From assembly GCA_046563655.1 (NCBI GenBank), contig CM102287.1, forward strand, positions 2,108,001-2,172,000: 64,000 nucleotides of DNA, written 5' to 3'. Each line of letters opens with the position of its first letter. The first letter of the stretch is position 1. Both the position numbers and the translations under genes were made by a program. This DNA is from Yuukianura sp. NJ FZ-2021 (Eukaryota). This document shows positions 20,278 through 30,414 of this stretch, one piece after another. The notes under the pieces were generated by a model. It saw only the letters and a program-made list of their open reading frames with translations, had not been told where the DNA came from and ran no database searches.

Positions 20278-21915
20278 TAATAAAGTATCACATGAAAAAA
20301 GATACGGGCTTCTTAAACCACTTCCAGTTCCAGAAACAATTTTTGAACTGGTTTCAACTGATGTATGTGGGCCATACCCAATTAGCCAATCAGGAAACAA
20401 GTATATTGTCAATATTATTTGTCATTTTTCTAAATGGGCGGAGCTTAAAGCGATACCTGACCAAACAGCTGAAGCTATTGCTAAATTTTTACACGAAAGG
20501 GTTTTTTCACGTATGGGTTCTGTTCGTTACTTATTAAGTGACAACGGAGGACCGTACATAAGTGAATTATTGAAAACTTACTGCAGGTTATATAAAACTA
20601 AACATTTATTTATCACGCCTTATAATTCTAGGGGCAACGGACTTGCTGAACGGTTACATTTAACAATGAATCGTATGCTATCACATTATGTCAGCACAAT
20701 GCACAATAACTGGGACCTAAATTTAGAACAAATTCAATTTGCTTACAATACTGCTAAACATGAAAGTACTCATCAGAGTCCCTATCGTATTGTATTTAAT
20801 CGTGAGCCATCATTTCCTTATCAATTACCTTCTTCTGAGACTTTACGGTCTAATTGCGACATTTTTCATCTGCGTAAACTTGTAAAAGAAACTTTAGAAA
20901 AAGAACAAGAAAGATATAAAATTCGTGAGGATCAACGACGCAAGGAAGTCGATTTTAAAATTGGAGACAAAATTAAACTCAAATTTCCTCGCCGCACTGA
21001 GAAAGGTCAATCTAAAAAATTTATACCATACTATTTAGGGAATTACGAGATTTTAGAAAAACTTAATGATCTCCTCTATAAAATTAAATGTTTAAAAACA
21101 AATACCGTTTCCACAGCACACGTAGGAAGAATGCGGAAAATTTTTGCTTGGGACTTACCAGATATCGAAAGTGATACATATTACACTACTCTTGACAATT
21201 TAAAAGAAGATTTAGACTCTCCCGAGAAACTATTTTTTACTTTAAAACAAAATTTTACTGGAACCAGACAAGAATTAACTCATCCCTTTTCCACTGGATA
21301 TACTTCTTTTGACATTATTTACTATAAATCATTATTAAATTGGATAGATATACAACAAATTATTGAAAAATACGGACTAACTGACATTTTACTACTAAAC
21401 ATTTATTCGTTTGTAACTAATTATTTTCCACGGTTAAAGCTTACTCCTAATTTTCAAATTTTTACCCTGAAGAAGCCAATTCCATTTGCAATCTATAAAT
21501 TCACAAGCGAAATTTCTTTTAACGATCTAGAAGAATTCTTTACTCATATGCATCGAAAAATTTTACTACGTTTTGATAAAAATTTGTTTGAATTTTTGTT
21601 AAAATTTATTACACATTCTAAAAATAAATTATATTTATATCCTTCAATATCTAAAATTCTACAGACCCTATTATTCAACGTTGGTAGTGACAATCTCAAT
21701 TTAGTAAACTTAACTACTATTCTTACCTTACCTCCATTAAAGAACTATACAAAGAAAGTGAATTCATACCAATCAATGACAACTCGTGAGATGACGAGGG
21801 ACCAAATACTTTCACTCCACAAGGAAAGATGAAAGAACAATTTCGACAAAAACCATATGAAAAACGCATTAGAAAGAAACCAATTTGGATGAAAGATTAT
21901 GTAGTTGATTCCTAA
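20278..21915 (+). CDS. pol: Element A integrase core with long C-terminal extension (late frameshift before ~21830)
   Basis: VSTDVCGPY, LSDNGGPY, GNGLAER (DDE), GPY/F-like region; tail KRIRKKPIWMKDYVVDS* lies in a shifted frame ending 21915. Confidence 0.88.
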
Positions 21916-22029
21916 TCAGCTTCACAACTACACAAATACTAAAAAATTTTCGGTTACACAACTAACATGGTTTCTTTTTCATTTCAGAAATCTCGTACAA
22001 CTTAAATCATTTTTCCAAAAGCAGTATAG

Positions 22030-24198
22030 CAACGAATTTTTTTCCTTATTTTCACAAGATTTTCAAATTCTACATTCATTATATTACTAACAATTTTAGC
22101 ACTCCTTTTCTGTTTAGCTCAAACCCAGGATTCTCCTATTGATCAACTGTTTACAAAATTGGACACTAAAACCGAAATTCTGTATTACTGTAGGGGATAT
22201 ACGGCTGGAATTCCTTGGAATATTCCTCCACCAATCAAATGCCCACTAGTTTCGACGGAAAAACCTTCTAAACTAGTAGACATAACTCTCTGGTGGACTG
22301 ACATTAGTTTAAATGCTATTCAGGGATTCGAATGTTACAAAATAGTAGAAGAGGTTAAAACCTACCGCCATTTTTTTGGGAAAAGAGATAAAGAATATCG
22401 GAAATACAAATTACCTGTGTCAGAGAAAGAATGTCGCTTAATGATAAGAACTCACGCAAGCCCCCTGACATCACAAACCAAATTAAATCGCATTTCTGAT
22501 GGTTACTTTGGTACTGCTGACATATTATCTCTCGACTACTATTGGCTCGGCACTGATTACAAAACAGTTACGAATTATTTCATGGTCGCTCTGACACTTT
22601 CAATATCCAATACAGATGATACCATAATTACTACTGCGAAAACTGTAGGACAATGTAAATATCAGACAGGTACATGTGATACCGAAAATGGAATTCTTTG
22701 TTGGACTCCAAAGGACGTGAAGATATGTAGGATGAAAGAAGGTGATTCTGCTACATGTTTATTTACTGAAGATCGCCTGTCATGTCCAACATTAGAAATT
22801 GCCATTACTAAAGTCATTCCTGTTAAAAAATGTGGATTGATTTTCGGTACATCTGCTCAAGGTATTATTTTCACCGAGAGTAATAATTCTTTAAATTTTG
22901 CTATTTCTTTAACGAATCTCACGCGGAATGTAATCAATAATCCCACACGTTATAAACGTTCTCATGACGATGATTCTTCTGAAGAAGATGAAGGTTCCGC
23001 GGAGGAAATTGAAACACAAAATGGTGAAACTCTCATACCTAAATTATCGGAACTATTAATACCAGCACCAGAAAAACCCGAAACTCCAACATTGGTAACT
23101 ACGGGAGAACTCAATAGCAGATTACTTTACTTATATCAAATTGTTTCAAGTTCTTACCATTTTGGTATTCAAACTGTTCATCGCGACACGTGCAAAGCCC
23201 ATCAAGCACATTTAGAACTTCTTAGGGTACTAGCAGCTACGGGACAACCTAGTGTACTGGTACGCACGTTACTAAAAAATCCAGCATTACGAGCTAAAAC
23301 AAATGGAGACATCCTTTCTGTTTATAAATGTGAAGAAGTTGACACTTACATGCTACTTCCTCAAACTGGTTGCTATCTGGAGTGGCCAATTGAATTTTAT
23401 GTAGGCGTGGACCGAATGCAAGGGTACTTAACTGGTATCAATCATGAAATTGTAAAAGACCCAACTCATACTTCTTGTCCATCTCCTAATTTTTATTTTG
23501 AATATGGAACTATGACTATTCACTTGACTAACAGAACAGTTATTGAAAATTTATCAGTTTTACCTTCTAACTATGAAGACACAAAATTGGAAACAATGCC
23601 AGAATTGTCCTTCTCCGCCCCTGGAGTCTACTCATTGGACGAAGTGGGTGGAGCAGAGACAATTGCGGCTATCTTAAAGGAACTTTCTAAACAAAATAAA
23701 ATTGACAATATCTTACAAAGCACACATTCCAACTTAGGACCTATTGAATCAAAAACTATTACTCTGTTAAGAGAATACGTATTAACACCTTTCCAAAACG
23801 TTTTAGCCACTATTTGCATGTCCGGACTAGCCATTTTTATTGTTGTTATAACACTCAAGTATGCGTATAAAAACAGAGCGTATTTTCAACAGATCTTTCA
23901 TAGAATTAAATTACTTTCGCATACTAAGAAAAAAAGACAAGTTCGTAATAAGCCTGTTAAAATCCCTAGCAGCGATTCCGAAACTGAGAATGTTCCTTTA
24001 CAAGTTCAAGCTCCAGTAATGAACACTCGACAGGTTATGAGAAGAACTAAATCACGGAAAAATCGATCTCGGGTTGTCAACAGTAATCCAAAAATATTTA
24101 AACCCCAATATTCCTGTACCACTGTAAATGAGGTTCGTAAACCTAATAACTTAACACCCAAATATCCATTTGAAGAATTAAAAAGAATTCAAAATTAA
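22030..24198 (+). CDS. env: Element A Env, class III viral fusion glycoprotein-like (gB / rhabdovirus G / chuvirus G type)
   Basis: Frame is open from 22030 with a signal-like FIILLTILALLFCLAQ but no ATG; Cys-rich ectodomain, candidate fusion loops RHFFG and YYWLG, furin site RYKR, gB-like RTLLKNPALRAKTNGDILSVYKC, C-terminal TM and basic tail. Confidence 0.8.
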   Translation, partial: QRIFFLIFTRFSNSTFIILLTILALLFCLAQTQDSPIDQLFTKLDTKTEILYYCRGYTAGIPWNIPPPIKCPLVSTEKPSKLVDITLWWTDISLNAIQGFECYKIVEEVKTYRHFFGKRDKEYRKYKLPVSEKECRLMIRTHASPLTSQTKLNRISDGYFGTADILSLDYYWLGTDYKTVTNYFMVALTLSISNTDDTIITTAKTVGQCKYQTGTCDTENGILCWTPKDVKICRMKEGDSATCLFTEDRLSCPTLEIAITKVIPVKKCGLIFGTSAQGIIFTESNNSLNFAISLTNLTRNVINNPTRYKRSHDDDSSEEDEGSAEEIETQNGETLIPKLSELLIPAPEKPETPTLVTTGELNSRLLYLYQIVSSSYHFGIQTVHRDTCKAHQAHLELLRVLAATGQPSVLVRTLLKNPALRAKTNGDILSVYKCEEVDTYMLLPQTGCYLEWPIEFYVGVDRMQGYLTGINHEIVKDPTHTSCPSPNFYFEYGTMTIHLTNRTVIENLSVLPSNYEDTKLETMPELSFSAPGVYSLDEVGGAETIAAILKELSKQNKIDNILQSTHSNLGPIESKTITLLREYVLTPFQNVLATICMSGLAIFIVVITLKYAYKNRAYFQQIFHRIKLLSHTKKKRQVRNKPVKIPSSDSETENVPLQVQAPVMNTRQVMRRTKSRKNRSRVVNSNPKIFKPQYSCTTVNEVRKPNNLTPKYPFEELKRIQN

Positions 24199-24285
24199 CA
24201 CCAAACCTATAAAACTAAAATCACACTATACATCTATACTTTACTATACTATACATCTATTCCTATTTTTGTGTCCAACTTTCTA

Positions 24286-25473
24286 ATGTCTATATTAACA
24301 AACACTTTACATGCTCCAAACTACTCTACAAATTCTAGTAAAATGGGACGGAGAAACAAACGGCAAGGAGCGGGAGTAAAACAACGGAAATTGGAAAAAC
24401 GAAAACAACAAACTCAATTAAGACGGGAAATTAGATTCGAAAATATTCAAAAAATGAGCTCAGAACAACCACTCTCAGGAGTTTTAAATACCCAATGGGT
24501 TTTAACGGATACTAATAAACGACAACGACTAAACAAATTAACGACAGGAAAAATGAAAATGTTAAAAAATAGTACTGTAGAGTCTAATATAAATAATTAC
24601 CATAAGGCTTATATTAAGGACGAGGAATGTGTTTTTACCAACCATAGTGAGATACGTAAGGATCACGAATTTGTTAGAAAACACTATTTTGAAGAGAAAA
24701 AAGGAAAACTTGTATATAGGAAATATCAAATTATTCCATTTGATGAGATAATTAAGGCCCCTTCCCTTTCCAAGAATGTCAACCCACAAGTTACTCCCAT
24801 CATCCCTCGTCCCCTCCAAAATACACAACAAGCCGCCGACTTTCTCCAAATTTCATTGCAAGAATTCTTGGACCACCCTTCGAATAGTTCAACACAGGAA
24901 ATGAACCCACAAATCCGAACTTTGACGTTACATGCAGAACAAACTCAGCATCATACAACAACACAAACACCCAATAACTCAATCACCCAGGATGTTACAT
25001 CAATTCTCAAAGAAATGATGTCTTCACAACCGGCACTCTCTCCAATACCCTCTGCTGATTCTTCAGATTCATCTTCTTCTGATTCATCATCTTCATCAGA
25101 TTCGACCGATTCTTCATCAGATGATTCAGACTCATCCTCATCTTCCTCATCAAGCGATTCAGACTCCGAAGATGGTGACCCTTCAACATACTCCGATCGT
25201 CATTTTGAAATTGACGGTATTGTGGACGAATCAGAATATGTAGACTTAGGTTTAGATATGTTAACGGAGGAGGAACAACAACTTTATAGGCAACCAAATT
25301 CAACAAATCTCGAAAACTGTTGCGAAATTATTTTAAGCGATGATGAAGACAATATGGACTCTACCCAAAATTCGTTGGACCAAAAACATAAACAAGATGC
25401 CGCAACTTATAAAAAATTATCAACACAAGAACGAATCCAATTTGTTCACGAATTTGAAGGAGAATCTAAATAA
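24286..25473 (+). CDS. Element A post-env ORF, basic N-terminus and Ser/Asp-rich acidic C-terminus
   Basis: ~395-aa ORF; MGRRNKRQGAGVKQRKLEKRK followed later by a poly-S/D tract. Confidence 0.6.
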   Translation: MSILTNTLHAPNYSTNSSKMGRRNKRQGAGVKQRKLEKRKQQTQLRREIRFENIQKMSSEQPLSGVLNTQWVLTDTNKRQRLNKLTTGKMKMLKNSTVESNINNYHKAYIKDEECVFTNHSEIRKDHEFVRKHYFEEKKGKLVYRKYQIIPFDEIIKAPSLSKNVNPQVTPIIPRPLQNTQQAADFLQISLQEFLDHPSNSSTQEMNPQIRTLTLHAEQTQHHTTTQTPNNSITQDVTSILKEMMSSQPALSPIPSADSSDSSSSDSSSSSDSTDSSSDDSDSSSSSSSSDSDSEDGDPSTYSDRHFEIDGIVDESEYVDLGLDMLTEEEQQLYRQPNSTNLENCCEIILSDDEDNMDSTQNSLDQKHKQDAATYKKLSTQERIQFVHEFEGESK

Positions 25474-25529
25474 TGTAAAATAATATTACTAATCACTTTA
25501 TACTAAATCAACACTACTAAAACTAAAAT

Positions 25530-25541
25530 CCTTAAAAAAAA

Positions 25542-25582
<41 letters not shown>

Positions 25583-25810
25583 TAAAATAAAAAAAAAAAA
25601 TTAAAAAAAAAATAAAATAAATAAATAAATAAAAAAAAATAATAATAATAAAAATAAAAATAAAATACACGAAGACATAAAAATAAAAAAAAAATACAAA
25701 TAAAGATAAAAAAAAAAACAATTAACTAAAATTAATACTGGTAATAATAATATTCCTAATGTTAAAAATAATACTCACAATAATAATCATAATAATAATC
25801 ATAATAATCA
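25530..25810. repeat. A-rich and (AAT)n low-complexity tract in the 3' UTR of A
   Basis: Seen directly. Confidence 0.85.
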
Positions 25811-25970
25811 TCATACTTTTCTTTCAATCTGTTTTTGTTTCTTACACCTAGCTATCATAATCGTTACATTCTAACTCAAATGTCCAGTTACCTATTACAC
25901 AATTATCTTTATGTGGTTACTTCTAAATACACAATTTTTGGGGACAAAAATTTTTTTATGAGGGGAGACA

Positions 25971-26389
25971 TGTTACACATACCATACGCAAAGAAAAATT
26001 ACTAAGCCTAAGTTACTTTCTTTTGTTCCTTGTTTTTCGACCTTCACTGAAATCCCTTGAACTTGGGTAAAACAACTCCCGATTTTTGTATTTTGAAAAT
26101 AGTTCTCTTTTCCGATCTTGTTTTGTTATTTAGTAAGGTTAAGGTCACTCCATAAGGTCTAGGCTAAGAATTTCCTTTAAATACCGTAGTACATCACTGT
26201 AAGAGGCAGTTGAAATTCGGACTCTGTTTGGTTCGGATCCAACTAAAACTCCGGGGTAGCCAACTAACTAGGCACTCGTTGAGTTTACCTAACCTAACCT
26301 TCCTCTCCCAAAAGTAAGTTAAATAAAAATAATGCACAAGTATTTTTCGAAGGCCTTTATTTTACAAGTTCAAATATGAACTTGTAACA
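25971..26389 (+). repeat. 3' LTR of element A
   Basis: Direct repeat of 5094-5513; PPT GAGGGGAGA at 25960-25968. Confidence 0.96.
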
Positions 26390-27015
26390 GCCGGAGCCTT
26401 CCACTCTTCCAGAAAGGTGTCATCTACACTAGACTCGTTCTCATTTTCATCTTCTTCTTCACCATCACTCACACTGGGTGTTTCTTCTTCTTCGCTAGTG
26501 CTTTTATCCTCCACAATACGTCTTTTCTTTCTAGGGTTCACTCCTCGAGACGGCTGAAATAGGTATTGTCTTGATTCATGTAACTCATGTGTTGGCAATT
26601 TACGGGATTTCATAAACTGAATCATCCCCGAAATCAACGAACCGTTTAGCCTGCGTCTACCATCACTAATAACACGAATTCCGTCTTCAAAGTCACAGCG
26701 CTGCATTTGTTCACAGCCAAAAACAACAGTTTCCCCTTGTAAAATGGCTCCATTATTCAGAAAAAGCTGAAGAAGGTTTTGTCCTTGTTTTGAAAAGTTT
26801 GAAAAATTGAACTGGTTTTGCTCCAGAATCGGTTTTAGCAACTCCGTGGGCTTGTGGTCTTCCACGACTTTTGCCTCAACTTCCAATGTCTTTATGTCTT
26901 TTGAATCACCTGACTTTTGCTGTTCCACGTTTCGTCGATTCTGGAATTGACGAAGTAGGGCGTGGCATATGGTTTTGAAGTTCAACTGATGTCTTTCCGT
27001 TGTCGAACTGGTCAT
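26390..27015 (-). CDS. P hypothetical protein downstream of the ATPase; its last codons (SWE*) are displaced to ~5076-5088 by element A
   Basis: Right-arm copy ends KAPASWE*; left copy reads into the A LTR after KAPA. True start is uncertain and may lie in the overlapping ATPase ORF tail. Confidence 0.55.
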
Positions 27016-28030
27016 TCAGTCTAGTTACTTCTCGTTTCATCAAATTTCTTTTTGTTTCACTCGCATATGTTTCAAAAGGAATTGTTTCCGTTTTCTGTTC
27101 CATTGGCGGCATCCACACATATTTAACCTGTGACGTATTCGAAGTCAATTTGTCATATGCTGCTTCCTCCATCACCCTGTAAGGGCATGGTTTGTCTTTA
27201 ACATAAACGTTACACTTTTCAGGAAAAATGTTGTCTCTAATGCGAAACAAATCATTCTGACGCTGTGTTAAATCTATAAAGAGGTATCCATAGTCTTTGG
27301 ACATGCAATTTTTGTACGCATTCTCCATCGTTGTATTTTTCTTTCCGCCATTCATTTGACGCCCCAGGCAAGCGACAAACTGAGAGTCTCGAGGGTTCTT
27401 CATTAGAACCAAGTAATGGCAGTTGGCAGTAATTTCCTTCAAGTTCTTGTGAAAAAAGTTTTGCACAAGAATAATGAGTGATACATTGCGGTGGTGAGAT
27501 GTTCTAGTGAACGCAGTGCCAACTTCGGATTTCTTTCCAACTTCATGCATTAAATCATCCAGCACTACAAGGGACGGTTTATCAGATCCGTCATGCCATT
27601 TATCCAGTAGCCCTTGGTGAAACTTTATTTGAGGCATGGCACATTTTAGTTGTGTAAACAACTCTGGCTGTAACTCTGTATAGCAGTATGTAACACGATT
27701 GAACTTTTCCCCAGTAGACGTCAGAATGATCTCGTTCCGACGAAGGATGATTTCCTTAACCAGAGTACTTTTTCCGCTTTGAGTCATCCCGCTGATGCAC
27801 ATCGTAAAAGGAGCACGTAAATGAGCATCAAATGTTACCCCGGATAATTCGTCCATAAACAGCGATCCTTTGCCATGCTCTTCCGATACATATTCGGCAG
27901 GAGTCAAGTGATAAGCAATGCTGTCGTTAACAGGAATGGGGACTTGCATAGTCTTGCATGTCAATTTGTGACGTTTAAAGTTATCCGACCGTCCAAACTT
28001 TTTTGAACAACCTGAACAACTGTATTCCAT
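26906..28030 (-). CDS. Polinton/Maverick-type A32/FtsK-HerA packaging ATPase with N-terminal C2H2-like zinc finger
   Basis: PFTMCISGMTQSGKST (Walker A), LVVLDDLM (Walker B), FTRTSHHRNVSLIILVQN, LMKNPRD, YGYLFID; N-terminal YSCSGCSKKFGRSDNFKRHKLTC. Confidence 0.88.
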   Translation of the reverse strand: MEYSCSGCSKKFGRSDNFKRHKLTCKTMQVPIPVNDSIAYHLTPAEYVSEEHGKGSLFMDELSGVTFDAHLRAPFTMCISGMTQSGKSTLVKEIILRRNEIILTSTGEKFNRVTYCYTELQPELFTQLKCAMPQIKFHQGLLDKWHDGSDKPSLVVLDDLMHEVGKKSEVGTAFTRTSHHRNVSLIILVQNFFHKNLKEITANCHYLVLMKNPRDSQFVACLGRQMNGGKKNTTMENAYKNCMSKDYGYLFIDLTQRQNDLFRIRDNIFPEKCNVYVKDKPCPYRVMEEAAYDKLTSNTSQVKYVWMPPMEQKTETIPFETYASETKRNLMKREVTRLNDQFDNGKTSVELQNHMPRPTSSIPESTKRGTAKVR

Positions 28031-28177
28031 TTTTATATTCACTACGGCAAGGTGTTTACGCTCTGTGAACCTAACTTTTGTGATTTCCACTCAGCGAGAA
28101 GAAGAGAGATTCAAAGAGAATATATCTTGTCCGCTTCTGATCTGTGACTAAATGAATTCTCTATCAGCGTGTAGGAC

Positions 28178-28516
28178 TTATACTCCTCCTCATCTTGCTT
28201 TTCAGACAGCCGAAAAGCGTGCTTCTACTCCTCTTCCTCCTCCTCTCCTCCTCCTCAAATAGCTCAAGAGCATGCCTATACTCCTCCTCCTCCTCAGATA
28301 GCTCAAGAGCATGCCTATACTCCTCCTCCTCAGATATCTCAAGAGCATGCCTATACTCCTCCTCCTCCCCTCCTCAGATACCTGAAGAGCATGCCTATAC
28401 TCCTCCTCCTCCCCTCCTCAGATATCTCAAGAGCTTACCTATACTCCCCCTCCTCCTCCTCAGATATCTCAAGAGCATGCCTATGCTTACCTATACTCCC
28501 CCTCCTCCTCCTCAGT
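28178..28516. repeat. Tandem ~33-42 bp repeat (ctcctcctcctcagatatctcaagagcatgcctata) in the P core
   Basis: About 7 variable copies seen directly. Confidence 0.9.
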
Positions 28517-28605
28517 CCACGCGCATGCCATCACCCATCACCTAACCTAACCTAGCCTAACCTTATGGCATCCTACTGGAATCATTTTATTTTAGTACAC
28601 TGTAC

Positions 28606-28798
28606 TTCAATCAACTACACTGGACTTTTCTAAAACTGCTTTGTAATTTCAATAAACTACACTGCACTTTTCTAAAACTGCTTTGTAATTTCAATAAACT
28701 ACGCTGGACTTTACTGAAACTGTTTTTTAATTTCAATAAACTACGCTGGACTTTACTGAAACTGTTTTTTAATTTCAACCAATTACACTAGACTTTTC
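28606..28798. repeat. Tandem ~42 bp repeat (actacactggacttttctaaaactgctttgtaatttcaataa) in the P core
   Basis: About 4.5 copies seen directly. Confidence 0.85.
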
Positions 28799-28948
28799 TC
28801 AATTGCCGGGGTATTTCCACCCTAATACGTTGCACTTGCGTAATGCTCTGCTTTCTACTTCAGCTACAACGTGCTAACATAAGTTAGCGCGTCCAAACCA
28901 AATTTGACTTAGGGTGTAATTGGTTGAAATTAAAAAACAGTTTCAGTA

Positions 28949-29416
28949 GAGTTGCTAAAACCGATTCTGGAGCAAAACCAGTTCAATTTTTCAAACTTTT
29001 CAAAACAAGGACAAAACCTTCTTCAGCTTTTTCTGAATAATGGAGCCATTTTACAAGGGGAAACTGTTGTTTTTGGCTGTGAACAAATGCAGCGCTGTGA
29101 CTTTGAAGACGGAATTCGTGTTATTAGTGATGGTAGACGCAGGCTAAACGGTTCGTTGATTTCGGGGATGATTCAGTTTATGAAATCCCGTAAATTGCCA
29201 ACACATGAGTTACATGAATCAAGACAATACCTATTTCAGCCGTCTCGAGGAGTGAACCCTAGAAAGAAAAGACGTATTGTGGAGGATAAAAGCACTAGCG
29301 AAGAAGAAGAAACACCCAGTGTGAGTGATGGTGAAGAAGAAGATGAAAATGAGAACGAGTCTAGTGTAGATGACACCTTTCTGGAAGAGTGGAAGGCTCC
29401 GGCCAGTTGGGAATAA
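28949..29416 (+). pseudogene. 5'-truncated inverted copy of the 26390-27015 ORF
   Basis: Starts mid-gene at ELLKPILEQ, exactly at the arm boundary. Confidence 0.8.
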
Positions 29417-29598
29417 ATTTCAACAACAAAAAATTACAATTTTATACAACATTGATTTATTATTTGGTGTTTAAATTTTGTTTAAATTTACAATATGAAT
29501 CCAATAAATGAATTTTCAATGTGGCAAATAATTTAAAACCCTGGATTTTATTCAAGTGTAAAAGTGTAATACTAAACCATTAAATAACAGAAATTCAG

Positions 29599-30414
29599 CT
29601 AACAGAAAATGTCATATGCAGAATGATCTCGTTCACTATGATGAACAATCATGTGGACGGCTTGAGAGGAATATGGCGCTAATCGGTAATTTTCGATGTT
29701 GGCAAGTTGAGCATCTCCAAAATCTCCTTCTGAAACAATCCTTGATTTGTTAATACGTTCTTGTTGGTCTTTGGTAACGTCCGTTATGTGCATCCGATAG
29801 CGTGGCTTCAGAGTATCATCAACTGTTGGACAGCAGCAATTAAATCGCTGAAAAATACTTCGTTTTTCACTTTTGTACGGATGAATTTTCTTGTCTGGCT
29901 GTATTCCTACGACTTTCCCAATCTTGTTTTTAATTCTGTTCGCACAAGTGTTGAGGCCTTCCTTGCGCAGCTTATTGAGGAAAACACGCTTTGTTTCATG
30001 AATAAGCTCGTCCAGATTCCTTTCCGGATAAGAAGTAGGAAAGCAACCACACTTTAGAAGCGATTCCACCAGAAGAGGAATATCACTGATGTTCAGTGTG
30101 AGAGGACCACCGCTTCTAATAAGAAACACTTGGTCTGATTCGTTTTTAATGCAGTGGATTGGAAGAAGTGGCGTATCGAGCTTTTCTTTCATTATTTGGA
30201 TTTCCGATGCTGGTGGTCTTTCTAGAACTCGGAATAACTTCAGGAATCCATTCTTGCGGTTCCTTGCCATGATTCTTTCAAAATGTGGAAGATCCTTCAT
30301 CATTCTCCCAGCTTCGATGTATGCTTTAACCAGCTTTTCGACCACGGTCGGGAGTTCCTCTGCTGCTAGCAGAATTGAGTGTTCAGCAATCTTCACTGCA
30401 ATGACATCCTCCAT
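29599..30414 (-). CDS. P arm paralogue 2, intact right-arm copy (271 aa from the ATG)
   Basis: Uninterrupted ORF; MEDVIAVKIAEHSILL... aligns with paralogue 1. Confidence 0.75.
   Translation of the reverse strand: MEDVIAVKIAEHSILLAAEELPTVVEKLVKAYIEAGRMMKDLPHFERIMARNRKNGFLKLFRVLERPPASEIQIMKEKLDTPLLPIHCIKNESDQVFLIRSGGPLTLNISDIPLLVESLLKCGCFPTSYPERNLDELIHETKRVFLNKLRKEGLNTCANRIKNKIGKVVGIQPDKKIHPYKSEKRSIFQRFNCCCPTVDDTLKPRYRMHITDVTKDQQERINKSRIVSEGDFGDAQLANIENYRLAPYSSQAVHMIVHHSERDHSAYDIFC

Larger units (their letters stand above)
5094..26389 (+). mobile_element. Env-bearing Ty3/Gypsy element A (about 12.9 kb without nested B) with accessory ORFs
   Basis: TGTTAC...GTAACA LTRs, 5-bp TSD GCCGG (5089-5093 and 26390-26394), PBS, PPT, domain order gag-PR-RT-RH-IN-env. 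Confidence 0.96.

Noticed and set aside
25503..25721. 72-aa Phe/Ile-rich minus-strand ORF
   Set aside because: Translation of an A-rich low-complexity tract
28195..28545. Ser/Pro-rich ORF
   Set aside because: Product of the tandem repeat, with a non-ATG start
28178..28798. Repeat arrays as a CRISPR array
   Set aside because: Units are head-to-tail with no unique spacers, there are no cas genes, and the context is eukaryotic
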